Assembly (NCBI RefSeq): GCF_947581735.1
Contig: NZ_CANPVT010000002.1
Location: forward strand, 315,511-379,510
Direction: 5' to 3'
From: Candidatus Palauibacter soopunensis
GTDB lineage: Bacteria > Gemmatimonadota > Gemmatimonadetes > Palauibacterales > Palauibacteraceae
Length of the DNA stretch: 64,000 bases
Position numbers and translations under genes: made by a program. The notes below the pieces were generated by a model that was given only the letters and a program-made list of their open reading frames with translations, did no database searches and was not told the origin of the DNA. Positions 9,726 to 20,291 of this stretch are shown piece by piece; position 1 is the first letter of the stretch, and each line of letters begins with the position of its first letter.

Positions 9726-10715
9726 CTAGGGCATGCCCGCCTGGGCGCGGACCCACTCGACGGCTTCGCGGTGCGTGCCGAACCAGACGCCGGGCTTCGT
9801 CCGCATGTGCTCGATGAGTTCGCGCAGGATCACGATCCGTGAGCGGTGTCCGATATAGTGCGGGTGCATGGTGAGGAGGAACATCGTCCCCTCCTCGTAC
9901 GCCACGTCGAACTCGTCCTTGTACACCTCCAGCACCTCGCGCGGGTTGGAGTAGCGGTCGCCGAGCGGATTGAAGAGCGGGGCGTCGTCCAGGATCCAGT
10001 CCACGGGGAGTTCGACGAGTCCCGTGGGCTCGCCGTTCTGGTTGATCTCGTAGGGACGGTCGTCCGCCATCAGCGAGGAGTCGTACAGGAAGTCCATCTC
10101 CAGCAGCAGGTCGAGCGTCGAGTCGCTGAAGTTCCACGACGGCGCGCGGTAGCCGACCGGGCGTTCGCCCATGAGTTCCGTCAGCCGCTCCACGGCCATG
10201 CGCAGCAGACGCTCCTCCTCCTCGCGCGGGAGCGTCGCGTTGCGCTCGTGGATCCAGCCGTGGACGCCGATCTCGTGGCGGCCGGAGGCCTGGATCATGT
10301 CGATCTGGTGCGGCGCCAGGCTGAAGCTGAGGGCGGGGCCGAAGAAAGAGGCGGCGATCCCGTACTCGTCGAGCAGGTCGATGACGCGGCCGAGGGCGAC
10401 GCGCGAGCCGTATTCCCCCTGCGAGAGGCCGCCCACGTTCGTGTCGCCGTTGCGCAGCCAGACCGTCTCGTTGTCCACGTCGAAGGAAAGCAGCACGGCC
10501 ACCCGGCCGCCGTCCGGCCACGAGTCCGGGTTCAGGTCGCGCCCCGCGCGCACGCGGTTGACGGCCTCGAACACGCGCTCTTCGGACCAGCGCCACGGCG
10601 GATCGTCCGCCTCCTGCGCGGCGTGGGCCGTCCCGGGAGTCGCGGCGGCCGCCGACATGCCGCAAAGGACGACGGCGAGTCCGCGAGAGATCGAAGATCG
10701 TATCGGGCCGGTCAT
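9726..10715 (-). CDS. Polysaccharide deacetylase (NodB-homology) family protein, secreted.
   Basis: Signal peptide; NodB motifs (FDVDNE, HGWIHE, LVELPV). Confidence 0.75.
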   Translation of the reverse strand: MTGPIRSSISRGLAVVLCGMSAAAATPGTAHAAQEADDPPWRWSEERVFEAVNRVRAGRDLNPDSWPDGGRVAVLLSFDVDNETVWLRNGDTNVGGLSQGEYGSRVALGRVIDLLDEYGIAASFFGPALSFSLAPHQIDMIQASGRHEIGVHGWIHERNATLPREEEERLLRMAVERLTELMGERPVGYRAPSWNFSDSTLDLLLEMDFLYDSSLMADDRPYEINQNGEPTGLVELPVDWILDDAPLFNPLGDRYSNPREVLEVYKDEFDVAYEEGTMFLLTMHPHYIGHRSRIVILRELIEHMRTKPGVWFGTHREAVEWVRAQAGMP

Positions 10716-10884
10716 GAGGATTCCCCCGTTTCGGTAGTCATCTCAAGTCTGAAGGCTTATTTTAACAGATTGCTCGTGAATCGGACGGTCGGCGCCGATT
10801 CCGTACGGCGCTGAGATCTGTCCCCGGATTCGTGGGCTCGTCGCCGTGGTGTCGGCCCTCCCTTGATTATGGCGACGACGACAC

Positions 10885-12492
10885 ATGACGACTACAACGG
10901 CCGAAATCGGCATCATGGACCTCAGCGCGGACGGGATCACCGTCACCCGCATAAAACGTAATCCCTCCGTGGGGGACATCTACGCCGATGCGCTGAGCGG
11001 ACGCGAGCCCGGCGCGATCAAGGCGGCGAACGGAGCCCTCGTGGCGTTCTCCGGCGCCAAGACCGGCCGCTCCCCGAACGACAAGCACGTGGTGCGCGAT
11101 CCGGAGACCGAGCGGGACGTCTGGTGGGGTCCGGTCAACTTCCCCCTCGAGCGCGAGAGCTTCCTGCGGAACAGGGCTCGCGTGCGCGCTTTCCTGAACG
11201 CGCAGGACCTCCTCTACGTCATCGACGGCTTCGCGGGCTGGGACCCCGCGTACCGCCTCAACGTCCGGATCATCTGCAACCGCCCGTACCACGCCCTCTT
11301 CATGCACAACATGCTCATCCGCCCCACGCCCGCGGAGTTGGCGGAGTTCGGCGAGCCCGACTTCGTCGTCTACAACGCGGGACAGGAGGCGGCGGACCCG
11401 TCGGTGGAGGGCGTCACCTCCCCGACGAGCGTCGATCTCTCCTTCGGCGACAACGAGGCCTGCATCCTCGGGACCGAGTACGCGGGGGAGATGAAGAAGG
11501 GCGTGTTCACGATCATGAACTACCTGATGCCGAAGCGGGACGTGCTCTCGATGCACTGCTCGGCGACGACCGACCCGACGACCGGGGCGTCGTCGCTCCT
11601 CTTCGGTCTGTCGGGGACGGGGAAGACGACGCTCTCGGCCGACCCGAACCGGCGGCTCATCGGCGACGATGAGCACTGCTGGACCGACTCCGGGATCTTC
11701 AACATCGAGGGCGGCTGCTACGCGAAGACGATCGACCTCTCCGAGGAGAAGGAACCCGACATCTACCGGGCCCTCCGGTACGGCGCGGTGCTGGAGAACG
11801 TCGTGCTGCGGGACGACGGAAGCGTGGACTGGTCCGACTCGTCGATCACGCAGAACACGCGCGGCAGCTACCCCATCGAGTTCATCGACAACGCGCAGGT
11901 GCCGTGCGTGGCGGGTCACCCCACGGACGTGATCTTCCTGACGGCGGACGCGTTCGGCGTGCTGCCGCCGGTGAGCCGGTTGACGCCCGAGCAGGCCATG
12001 TACCACTTCATCAGCGGGTACACGGCGAAGGTCGCGGGCACGGAGGTCGGCGTCACGGACCCCGTGGCGACGTTCTCGCCCTGCTTCGGGGGCCCGTTCC
12101 TCGTGTGGCACCCGGCGAAGTACGCGCGCCTGCTCGCGGACCGGATGCACGAGCACGGCGTGAAGGTGTGGCTCGTGAACACGGGCTGGAGCGGCGGGCC
12201 GTTCGGCGTCGGCGCGCGGATCGACCTCCCGCACACGCGCCGGATGGTCGACGCCATCCACGCGGGCGAACTCGGCGACGCGCCGACCGAGCCGGACCCG
12301 GTGTTCGGAGTCCACGTCGTGACGGAAGTGCCCGGCGTGCCCAGCGAGATTCTGCGGCCGCGCGCGACGTGGCCGGACCCCGCGGCGTACGATGAGAAGG
12401 CCGCGCACCTGGCGCGGCTCTTCAGGGAGAACTTCAGGGAATACGAGGACGACTGTCCGCCGGAGGTGTGTGCGGCGGGCCCCGTGATCTAG
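10885..12492 (+). CDS. pckA: Phosphoenolpyruvate carboxykinase (ATP).
   Basis: GLSGTGKTTLS kinase-1a motif, GDDEHCW, NTGW; ~535 aa. Confidence 0.95.
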   Translation: MTTTTAEIGIMDLSADGITVTRIKRNPSVGDIYADALSGREPGAIKAANGALVAFSGAKTGRSPNDKHVVRDPETERDVWWGPVNFPLERESFLRNRARVRAFLNAQDLLYVIDGFAGWDPAYRLNVRIICNRPYHALFMHNMLIRPTPAELAEFGEPDFVVYNAGQEAADPSVEGVTSPTSVDLSFGDNEACILGTEYAGEMKKGVFTIMNYLMPKRDVLSMHCSATTDPTTGASSLLFGLSGTGKTTLSADPNRRLIGDDEHCWTDSGIFNIEGGCYAKTIDLSEEKEPDIYRALRYGAVLENVVLRDDGSVDWSDSSITQNTRGSYPIEFIDNAQVPCVAGHPTDVIFLTADAFGVLPPVSRLTPEQAMYHFISGYTAKVAGTEVGVTDPVATFSPCFGGPFLVWHPAKYARLLADRMHEHGVKVWLVNTGWSGGPFGVGARIDLPHTRRMVDAIHAGELGDAPTEPDPVFGVHVVTEVPGVPSEILRPRATWPDPAAYDEKAAHLARLFRENFREYEDDCPPEVCAAGPVI

Positions 12493-12504
12493 AGGAGAAG
12501 CGCG

Positions 12505-14139
12505 ATGCGGCGACGCGATCTGATGTTGGCGGTGGGTCTGGCGGCGATGGTGGCCGGGTGTACGAGCGGGCAGCGGGAGGCGCCACGGATGGCGGGCGCC
12601 TCCATGGCCGGCGCCGCGCAGGCCGGCAACGGCGACGGCAACTCGACGCCGCTCTATGGCAATCTCGGCCCGCACCATCGCCCGATCACCACGCAGTCGA
12701 ACAAGGCGCAGGCCTACTTCGACGAGGGCCTGCTCTTCATGTACGCCTTCGGCACCTCGATCGCCGAGGAGTCGTTCCGGGCCTCGCAGGCCGAGGATCC
12801 GGAGTGCGCCTCCTGCTACTGGGGCGAGGCGTGGTCGCTGGCGCCGTACCTGAACGGCGGCATGTCGCCCGGCAACGAGCGCTCGGCCCACGCCGCCATG
12901 CAGAAGGCGCAGGAGCACAAGGCGGGCGCGACCGAGGTCGAGCGGGCGCTGATCGACGCCTTCGCCGTGCGCTTCGAGGCCGACCCGGAGCGTTCGCGCC
13001 GCCGCATGCTCGACACGCTGTACGCCCGCGAGATGGACAAGGTCGCGGCGCGCTACCCGGACGACCTGGATGTGCTCACGCTGCAGGCCGAAGCCTGGAT
13101 GCTGCTGCGCCCCCGCCGCGGGGATGTGGATCTCGAGGCGGAGGACGTGAAGAAGATCCGCCCCATCCTCGAGACCGTCCTGGCGCGCGACATCCGCCAT
13201 CCCGGCGCCTGCCACCTCTACATCCACCTCGTGGAGGCGTCGCAGGACCCGGGCTTGGCCGAGGCGTGTTCGGACCACCTCGGAAGCCAGATCGCGGTGA
13301 GCCACATCCACCACATGCCGACGCACATCTACATGAACATCGGCCGCTGGGGCGATGCGGTGCGCGGCAACCAGCAGGCGTGGCACGCGGACCAGAAGGC
13401 CGCGCACGGCGGCCCCCCCGGCGTCTATCCCTCGCACAACCTGCACATGCTCCTCAACGCCGCGGTCATGGACGGGCAGAGCGCCGTCGCGATCCAGGCG
13501 GCGAAGGACCTGGCGGGGCACCGCGGGCCGTGGGCGGCGTACATCCCGCTCACCTACGCCGCGTTCGGCCGCTGGAGCGAGATCCTGGCGGGCGAGGGCC
13601 CGAAGTCCGACGAGGCGATGGAACTCGTCGCGTGGAGCTTCTCGCGCGGTCTCGCCTACCTCCGGATGGGGCACGTGGACGTCGCGCAGGATCACCTCGA
13701 GGAGATCGATGAGGTGCTCGGGGACGCCGATCCCTCCGCCACCTTCCGCTACAGCCCCCTCGCGGACGTCGTCGCGCTGCCGCGTTCGATTCTCGCGGGA
13801 GAAGTCCTCAACGCGCAGGGGAAGGCGGACGAGGCCGTCGCGGCGCTGAAGCACGGGATCGGGAAGGAGGACGGACTCATCTACTCCGAGCCGCGGGCGT
13901 GGCACATGCCGGTCCGGCATACGCTCGGCGCGATCCTGCTCGAAAACGACCGGGCCGCCGAGGGGGAGAAGGTGTACCGCGGAGCGCTCGAGGATCTGCC
14001 CAATCAAGGCTGGGCCTGGTTCGGTCTCATGCAGGCGCTCGAGGCGCAGGAGAAGACGGCGCAGGCGCAGGAAGCCCGGCGGGAGTTCGACCGTTACTGG
14101 GTCCGCGCCGACACCTGGCTGCGCAGCTCGAGGTTCTGA
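12505..14139 (+). CDS. Lipoprotein with TPR-like helical repeats (conserved hypothetical).
   Basis: Lipobox MRRRDLMLAVGLAAMVAGC; helical repeat architecture; no catalytic motif recognised. Confidence 0.45.
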   Translation: MRRRDLMLAVGLAAMVAGCTSGQREAPRMAGASMAGAAQAGNGDGNSTPLYGNLGPHHRPITTQSNKAQAYFDEGLLFMYAFGTSIAEESFRASQAEDPECASCYWGEAWSLAPYLNGGMSPGNERSAHAAMQKAQEHKAGATEVERALIDAFAVRFEADPERSRRRMLDTLYAREMDKVAARYPDDLDVLTLQAEAWMLLRPRRGDVDLEAEDVKKIRPILETVLARDIRHPGACHLYIHLVEASQDPGLAEACSDHLGSQIAVSHIHHMPTHIYMNIGRWGDAVRGNQQAWHADQKAAHGGPPGVYPSHNLHMLLNAAVMDGQSAVAIQAAKDLAGHRGPWAAYIPLTYAAFGRWSEILAGEGPKSDEAMELVAWSFSRGLAYLRMGHVDVAQDHLEEIDEVLGDADPSATFRYSPLADVVALPRSILAGEVLNAQGKADEAVAALKHGIGKEDGLIYSEPRAWHMPVRHTLGAILLENDRAAEGEKVYRGALEDLPNQGWAWFGLMQALEAQEKTAQAQEARREFDRYWVRADTWLRSSRF

Positions 14140-14164
14140 CATTCGGCGCCCCGACCCGCTGGGC

Positions 14165-15046
14165 ATGATCGACTTCTCGCCGCCCGAGAGTCCGTTCAGG
14201 ATCAGCTACGACGGCGACTTCGACATCTCCCGTGCGGTGACGGCGCCACCCCCCGAGGCGCCCTCCGAGCGTGAGATGAGAAAGGAACTGAAGCGCACGG
14301 TACGCAGGATCTCGCGGCTCCAGCGGCGTCTGCACGCGCACCGCCACTACGCGGTGCTGCTGGTCTTCCAGGCGATGGACGCGGCGGGGAAGGACTCGAC
14401 GCTGCGGGCGGTCATGACGGGCGTGAACCCGGCCGGCTTCCGGATCAACGCCTTCGAGGCGCCGTCCAACGAGGAGGCGAGGCACGACTTCCTGTGGCGC
14501 ACGACGCGCCGCCTTCCCGAGAAGGGCCGGATCGGGATCTTCAACCGCAGCTACTACGAGGAAGTCCTCATCGTGCGGGTCCACCCCGAGTACCTCGATC
14601 GGCAGAAGCTGCCCCGCCGGCTGCCGATCCTGGAGCGCTGCGAGGAACGCTACCAGTCGATTCGCGACCACGAGGCGCACCTCGCGCGGAACGGGACCGT
14701 GATCCTGAAGTTCTGGCTCAACATCTCGAAGGAAGAGCAGGCCCGCCGCTTCCTCCGCCGCATCGACCGCCCCGACAAGAACTGGAAGTTCAGCCGCGCC
14801 GATATCGAGGAACGGCAGCACTGGGACGACTACATGGCCGCGTACGAGGACGCGATCAACGCGACCGCTCGCCCGTGGGCGCCATGGTACGCGATCCCGG
14901 CCGATTCGAAGCCTTGGATGCGGCTCCTCGTCGCCCAACTCGTGCGCGACCAGCTCGCCACCCTCGACCTCACCCATCCCGAGCTACCCGAAGACGAACG
15001 CGCCGAACTCCAGGGCTACCGCCAGCACCTCACCGCCGAACTTTGA
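14165..15046 (+). CDS. ppk2: Polyphosphate kinase 2 family (polyphosphate:nucleotide phosphotransferase).
   Basis: Walker A LLVFQAMDAAGKDST; PPK2 lid region; ~290 aa. Confidence 0.85.
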   Translation: MIDFSPPESPFRISYDGDFDISRAVTAPPPEAPSEREMRKELKRTVRRISRLQRRLHAHRHYAVLLVFQAMDAAGKDSTLRAVMTGVNPAGFRINAFEAPSNEEARHDFLWRTTRRLPEKGRIGIFNRSYYEEVLIVRVHPEYLDRQKLPRRLPILERCEERYQSIRDHEAHLARNGTVILKFWLNISKEEQARRFLRRIDRPDKNWKFSRADIEERQHWDDYMAAYEDAINATARPWAPWYAIPADSKPWMRLLVAQLVRDQLATLDLTHPELPEDERAELQGYRQHLTAEL

Positions 15047-15054
15047 TCGAAACC

Positions 15055-15882
15055 ATGCCGACCCGCCATCGCGCCTTTCTCGAGCGCGCGTTGGCTGCCG
15101 TCCCGGCGATCGACGGCATCGTCGGCCTGGCGGCGGGCGGGTCGTTCATCGCGGGCGAGATCGACGAGTTCTCGGACCTCGACTTCGTACTGGCGGTGGA
15201 TCCGGAGGCGTGGCCGGAGATTCTCGAGCGGCAGCAGGCGATCGCCGCCGAACTCGATCCCTCGTTTCTGGCGGGATTCACCGGCGAGCATGTGGGAGAG
15301 CCGCGCCTGCTCGTGTGCCTCTACGGCCCTCCCCTCCTGCATGTGGATCTGAAGTTCGTGTCGCTCGACGACGCGCACGAACGGATCGAGGACCCGGTCA
15401 TCCTGTGGGAGGTCGACGGCTGCCTGAGCGCCGCGTTCGCCCGCGCCGCCCCCCGCTACCCGGCCGCGGATCCGGACTGGATCGAGGATCGCTTCTGGAT
15501 CTGGGCGCATTACGTCGCCGACAAGATCGAGCGGGGAGAGATCTTCGAGGCGCTGGATGGACTCACCTTTCTGCGAGCCGCAGTGCTGGGGCCGCTGGCG
15601 TTCCTCGGAGCCGGCGTCGAGGCCACGGGCGTGCGCCGGATCGAGGACCGCCTCCCCGCCTTCGCGACCGATCTCGAACGGACGATTGGAGGCGTCGACG
15701 CGGCGGCGTGCGTGGCCGCGCTCGAAGCCGCGATCGAACTCTACACCGAGCTTCGGGCGGCCGGCGGCGAGGGAGGCCACGGCGAAATGAGCCGCGGCGA
15801 AACGAGCGCCGTGGAGCGCGAGGTCCGTGACTATGTGGCATGGATTCGCGGCCGGCTCGGCCTCGGCGGCTCGCGCGGCTGA
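15055..15882 (+). CDS. Nucleotidyltransferase-domain protein (Pol-beta superfamily, ANT/KNTase-like).
   Basis: GLAAGGSFIAGEIDEFSDLDFVLAV (GS…DxD NTase motif). Start taken at the internal ATG at 15055; the 5' extension in the ORF track overlaps ppk2 in another frame. Confidence 0.6.
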   Translation: MPTRHRAFLERALAAVPAIDGIVGLAAGGSFIAGEIDEFSDLDFVLAVDPEAWPEILERQQAIAAELDPSFLAGFTGEHVGEPRLLVCLYGPPLLHVDLKFVSLDDAHERIEDPVILWEVDGCLSAAFARAAPRYPAADPDWIEDRFWIWAHYVADKIERGEIFEALDGLTFLRAAVLGPLAFLGAGVEATGVRRIEDRLPAFATDLERTIGGVDAAACVAALEAAIELYTELRAAGGEGGHGEMSRGETSAVEREVRDYVAWIRGRLGLGGSRG

Positions 15883-15948
15883 TCGCCCTCCGGACGCACG
15901 TCGGATCGCCCGCGGGACATCTGTTCCGGGACCGACTCCGCCGACATC

Positions 15949-17124
15949 TTGCGAGCCTTGGCTCATCGCGCGCACCGAGAGGTTCTCATGACCGGCAGAC
16001 GACATCGACCTGAGCACTTGCACGCCGAAGCGGTCCGCCGCCGGAGCGCGATTCCACCCACCCTTCTCGCGGGAATCTGGCTTTGTGTCGGTTGCGCGCC
16101 GGATAGCGGCGCAGGGGCGAGCGGTGAGGGCGGCGGAGCGGAGGAGGGCGGCGCGGCGACGACGGAAGCCGTCCACTTCGCGTTTACGGAGGTCGTGCCG
16201 GGGGTCTACCATGCGCGCGGTGCGAGCGACCTCGTCGTGGGATCGAACGCCGGCGTGGTCGTGAACGAGGCGGACGTGCTGCTCGTTGATTCCCACATTT
16301 CTCCCGCGGCGGCGAGCGCCCTCATCGAGGATCTGCGCTCGATCACCGACAACCCCGTGCGCTACGCCGCGAACACGCACTGGCACTTCGACCATGCGCA
16401 CGGCAACCAGGTGTATCCGCCCGAAGTCGAGATCATCAGCCACGAGGCGACCCGGGCGGCGATCGCCGCGGGACGCTCGAACTCGGGCCGCTCCTACGAA
16501 CTTTTCGTGGGATCGATCCCCAGGCGGATCGAGCAACTGGAAGCGAGGCTCGACACGATGACGGACGCGGCGGCGCGCGCGGAGGTGGAGGCCACGCTGG
16601 AGGCGCAGCGGACCTACTACGCGCAGTTGCAGGAGGTCGTCCCTACGGCCCCCAACACGACGCTCTCGGAGCGGCTCACGCTCTACCGCGGCGGACGCGA
16701 GATCCAGTTCCACTTCTTCGGGCGCGCCCACACGGAGGGCGACGTCATCGTCTACCTGCCGGATGACCGCGTGATCATCACCGGAGACATGCTCACGGCC
16801 GGTCTCCCCTACATGGGCGACGGGTACGTCGACGAGTGGGTCGAGACGCTCGACCGCGTGAAGGCGCTCGACTTCGACTGGATCATCCCCGGCCACGGCG
16901 AGCCGTACCGGGAGCGCGAGCGGATCGACCACCTGCAGGCCTACCTGCAGGACCTGTGGGACCAGTCCGTCGCGCTCCACAGCCAGGGGGTGAGCGCGGA
17001 GGACGCCGCGGGCCGCATCGACCTCACCGCACACGCCGACAACTTCGGCGGGATCGCCAGCCCGGGCGCGAATCCCGTTGCGGTGCTGCGGATCTTCGAA
17101 CTGCTCGACGGCACCGCGAACTAA
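15949..17124 (+). CDS. MBL-fold metallo-hydrolase, lipoprotein (the start may lie at ~15988).
   Basis: THWHFDHAHG metal-binding motif, downstream H and D ligands, lipobox LCVGCA. Confidence 0.8.
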   Translation: MRALAHRAHREVLMTGRRHRPEHLHAEAVRRRSAIPPTLLAGIWLCVGCAPDSGAGASGEGGGAEEGGAATTEAVHFAFTEVVPGVYHARGASDLVVGSNAGVVVNEADVLLVDSHISPAAASALIEDLRSITDNPVRYAANTHWHFDHAHGNQVYPPEVEIISHEATRAAIAAGRSNSGRSYELFVGSIPRRIEQLEARLDTMTDAAARAEVEATLEAQRTYYAQLQEVVPTAPNTTLSERLTLYRGGREIQFHFFGRAHTEGDVIVYLPDDRVIITGDMLTAGLPYMGDGYVDEWVETLDRVKALDFDWIIPGHGEPYRERERIDHLQAYLQDLWDQSVALHSQGVSAEDAAGRIDLTAHADNFGGIASPGANPVAVLRIFELLDGTAN

Positions 17125-17150
17125 ACACGCAATCAGACGGAGGAGTCACG

Positions 17151-18290
17151 ATGTCCACCGATTCGAACCGGCGCGATTTTCTGAAGGTCACGGCTGCGGC
17201 GGGCGCCGCCCTCGGGCTCGGCGTCCCCGTCGGGGCGTGCTCGGGCCCGGCGGCCACGCCCCAGGCCTCGGGGAGCGGCGGGCGGCTGCTCATCCTGGGC
17301 GGAACCGGGTTCATCGGTCCCTACCAGGTTCGATCGGCGCTCGCGCAGGGCTTGGAGGTGACGATCTTCAACCGCGGCAGCCGCCCCGGCATGTTCGAGG
17401 GCGTCGAGGAACTCGTCGGAGACCGGAACGGGGACTTCGAGTCGCTGCGCGGCCGGACGTGGGACGTCGTCATCGACAACTCCACGGCCCGTCCCGACTG
17501 GGTGACGAGCATCGGGGAGTTCCTGCGCGACTCGGTGGAGTACTTCTACTACGTCTCTTCGCGCTCGGCGTACGCGAGCCACTCCACCGTGCCGATGACG
17601 GCGGATGTCCCGTCGTACACGTACGAGACGGCCGGCGTGGACCGCGCGACCTCCGACATCACGGATCTGCCGTACGGCCTCGCGAAGGCGGAGTCGGAGC
17701 GCGAGGCGATGCGGATCTTCCCCGACCGCTACGGGATCTTCCGCCCGGGTCTCATCATCGGACCCGACGACCCCACGGACCGCTTCACGTACTGGCCGGT
17801 GCGGATCCACCGCGGCGGCGAGGTGCTGTCTCCCGGCGACGGGACGGACCCGGTGCAGATCATCGACGTGCGTGACCTCGGCGACTTCATGGCGCTGTCC
17901 TCGGACCGCGGGCACACGGGCATCTTCAACCTCGTGGGCCCCGCGACGCCCCGGCCGATGGCGGAACTCCTGTACGGCATCCGGGCCGTCACGACGGCCG
18001 AGACGACGTTCACGTGGGTGCCGCGCGAGTTCCTCGCCGAGCGCGGCGTGCGGCCCTACGCCGAGATGCCGGTGTGGCGCCCTCCGACTCCGGGGTCGGA
18101 AGGGTTCGCGCGCTTCGACCTCTCCAACGAAGTCGCGCACGGGATGACGTTCCGCTCGCTGGCGGATACGACGCAGGCCACGCTGGACTTCCACTTCTCC
18201 CGGACGCCCGAGCGCCAGGCGGAGATGCGGCCGGGACTCTCCGCGGAGCGGGAGGCGGAGATCCTGCAGGAGTGGCACGCGTCGCGCTGA
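17151..18290 (+). CDS. NAD(P)-dependent epimerase/dehydratase (extended SDR) carrying a twin-arginine signal.
   Basis: RBS aggag 6 nt upstream; RRDFLKVTAAAGAALGLG TAT motif; ILGGTGFIG Rossmann motif. Confidence 0.75.
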   Translation: MSTDSNRRDFLKVTAAAGAALGLGVPVGACSGPAATPQASGSGGRLLILGGTGFIGPYQVRSALAQGLEVTIFNRGSRPGMFEGVEELVGDRNGDFESLRGRTWDVVIDNSTARPDWVTSIGEFLRDSVEYFYYVSSRSAYASHSTVPMTADVPSYTYETAGVDRATSDITDLPYGLAKAESEREAMRIFPDRYGIFRPGLIIGPDDPTDRFTYWPVRIHRGGEVLSPGDGTDPVQIIDVRDLGDFMALSSDRGHTGIFNLVGPATPRPMAELLYGIRAVTTAETTFTWVPREFLAERGVRPYAEMPVWRPPTPGSEGFARFDLSNEVAHGMTFRSLADTTQATLDFHFSRTPERQAEMRPGLSAEREAEILQEWHASR

Positions 18291-18345
18291 CGGCGGCAAC
18301 TGTGGTCGGCGCACACATGTAGATGGTGCGCGGGACGGGGCGGAG

Positions 18346-19611
18346 GTGGGGCGCGAGACCGACGGAAACGGAGGCGACGTGAACGACCGAGACGAAAGCT
18401 CCGGACTCACGCGGCGAGCCCTGATCGCCGGAGCCGCGGCGGCCGCCGGGGGCGCCATCACGGCGGGCGCGACGCGCGGACTGGTCCAGGAGGCGCCGGA
18501 TCCGACGAAGGTGCCGGGCGCCCGTCCCGTCACGGTCGGGTCCCGGTCGCCGCACGAGGCCCCGGAGAAACTCCTGTCCGGTTCCATGGGCGGCTCCTCG
18601 CGGACGCCGCTCCAGGATCTGCACGGGATCATGACCCCGGCGGATCTCCACTTCGAGCGGCACCACCACGGGATCCCCTACATCGATCCCGCGACCTACC
18701 GCCTCCTCATCCACGGCATGGTCGACCGGCCCACCCTCTTCACGCTCGATGACCTGAAGCGCTTCCCGCAGGTCTCGAAGCTGCTCTTCATCGAGTGTTC
18801 GGGGAACGGCGGCGGCGCCTACGCTCCGTCGCCCAGCCCGCAGCACACGCCGCAGTCGGTGGACGGCCTGCTGAGCACGAGCGAGTGGTCCGGAGTCGCG
18901 CTCTCGACGCTGTTCGAGGAGGTCGGGGCGCATGCGGACGCGACGTGGTTCCTCGCCGAGGGATCGGACGCGGCGGTCATGGGCCGCAGCATCCCGATGG
19001 AGAAGGCGTGGGACGACGCGATGATCGCTTACGCCCAGAACGGCGAGGCGATCCGGCCCGAGCAGGGCTACCCCGCGCGGGTGTTCCTTCCCGGATGGGA
19101 GGGCAACGCGAGCGTGAAGTGGGTCCGGCGCATCGAGCTTTCCGACCGCCCCGCGATGTTCCGCGACGAGACGTCCAAGTACACGGATCCGCTGCCGGAC
19201 GGGACGGCGCGGCAGTTCTCTTTCGTGATGGATGCGAAGTCGATCATCACGTACCCCACCTATCCGCGGCGGCTGCCGGGGCCCGGCTTTATCGAGATCA
19301 CCGGCTACGCCTGGACCGGCCGGGGCCTCATCGAGCGCGTGGAAGTGAGCACGGACGGCGGCGACTCGTGGCACGACGCGGTGCTGCAGGAACCCGTGCT
19401 GCCGAAGTGCACGACGCGGTTCCGCCACGCCTGGGAGTGGGACGGCGGCCCGGCGCACCTGCTGAGCCGCGCCACCGACGAGACGGGCTACACGCAGCCG
19501 GTCCGGCAGCAGGTGCTCGACGCGCGCGGACCCGGCACCCGCTACCACTCCAACGCGATCCGGGGGTGGCGCGTGGCCGGCGACGGCTCGATCGAGTTCG
19601 CGCCGGTATGA
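18346..19611 (+). CDS. sorA: Sulfite dehydrogenase / sulfite oxidase-family molybdopterin subunit (SorA/SoxC-like), TAT-exported.
   Basis: RRALIAGAAAAAG TAT signal; Moco-binding region with conserved Cys (FIECSGNGGG); C-terminal dimerisation domain. Confidence 0.85.
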   Translation: MGRETDGNGGDVNDRDESSGLTRRALIAGAAAAAGGAITAGATRGLVQEAPDPTKVPGARPVTVGSRSPHEAPEKLLSGSMGGSSRTPLQDLHGIMTPADLHFERHHHGIPYIDPATYRLLIHGMVDRPTLFTLDDLKRFPQVSKLLFIECSGNGGGAYAPSPSPQHTPQSVDGLLSTSEWSGVALSTLFEEVGAHADATWFLAEGSDAAVMGRSIPMEKAWDDAMIAYAQNGEAIRPEQGYPARVFLPGWEGNASVKWVRRIELSDRPAMFRDETSKYTDPLPDGTARQFSFVMDAKSIITYPTYPRRLPGPGFIEITGYAWTGRGLIERVEVSTDGGDSWHDAVLQEPVLPKCTTRFRHAWEWDGGPAHLLSRATDETGYTQPVRQQVLDARGPGTRYHSNAIRGWRVAGDGSIEFAPV

Positions 19612-20282
19612 GCCGCGCCAGCGTGGTCTCGCGGAGGCTGGCGATGGCGGCCCTCGTGCCGGCGCTGGCGGCCTGCGGCGCGGGCGACTCCGAGGGCGGC
19701 GCGGAGGTCGGCAGCGCCCCACCCGGCGCGGCTGCGGTCGCGACGACCGATCCGGGCGGCGGGACGCCCGGCCGGGCGGGCGTGACCGAGCCCCTGTACG
19801 GCTTCGGGACGCCCGCGACCGCGTCCCAGATCGCGGCGTGGGACATCGACATCGGTCCCGACGGCGCGGGCCTGCCTCCGGGGCGCGGCTCCGTGGCGGA
19901 AGGGCTGGAGGTGTGGGAGCGCCACCGCTGCATTCTCTGCCACGGGCCCACGGGGCGCGAAGGGCCGAACGACCTCCTCACGGGGCGCATCCCCGGAGAC
20001 GAGTTCCCGTTCGCGAACGACCGCAGCCTGCGCTCCACCGTCGGCAACTACTGGCCCTACGCGACGACGCTGTTCGACTACACCCGCCGCGCCATGCCCT
20101 TTGACCTCCCGGGAACGATGACGGACGAAGAGGTCTACGCCGTGGTCGCGGCCATGCTCTACTTCAACGACCTCCTGCCCGCGGACGCCGTCGTCGACTC
20201 CGCGGTGGTCGTCGACACGCGCATGCCCGCCCGCGACCGCTTCGTCCCCGACAACCGAACCGGCGGCCCCACCATCCGCTGA
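19608..20282 (+). CDS. sorB: Mono-haem cytochrome c, sulfite dehydrogenase cytochrome subunit (SorB-like).
   Basis: ATGA overlap with sorA; signal peptide/lipobox; single CILCH haem-binding motif. Confidence 0.75.
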   Translation: MSRASVVSRRLAMAALVPALAACGAGDSEGGAEVGSAPPGAAAVATTDPGGGTPGRAGVTEPLYGFGTPATASQIAAWDIDIGPDGAGLPPGRGSVAEGLEVWERHRCILCHGPTGREGPNDLLTGRIPGDEFPFANDRSLRSTVGNYWPYATTLFDYTRRAMPFDLPGTMTDEEVYAVVAAMLYFNDLLPADAVVDSAVVVDTRMPARDRFVPDNRTGGPTIR

Positions 20283-20291
20283 CCAACGCGC

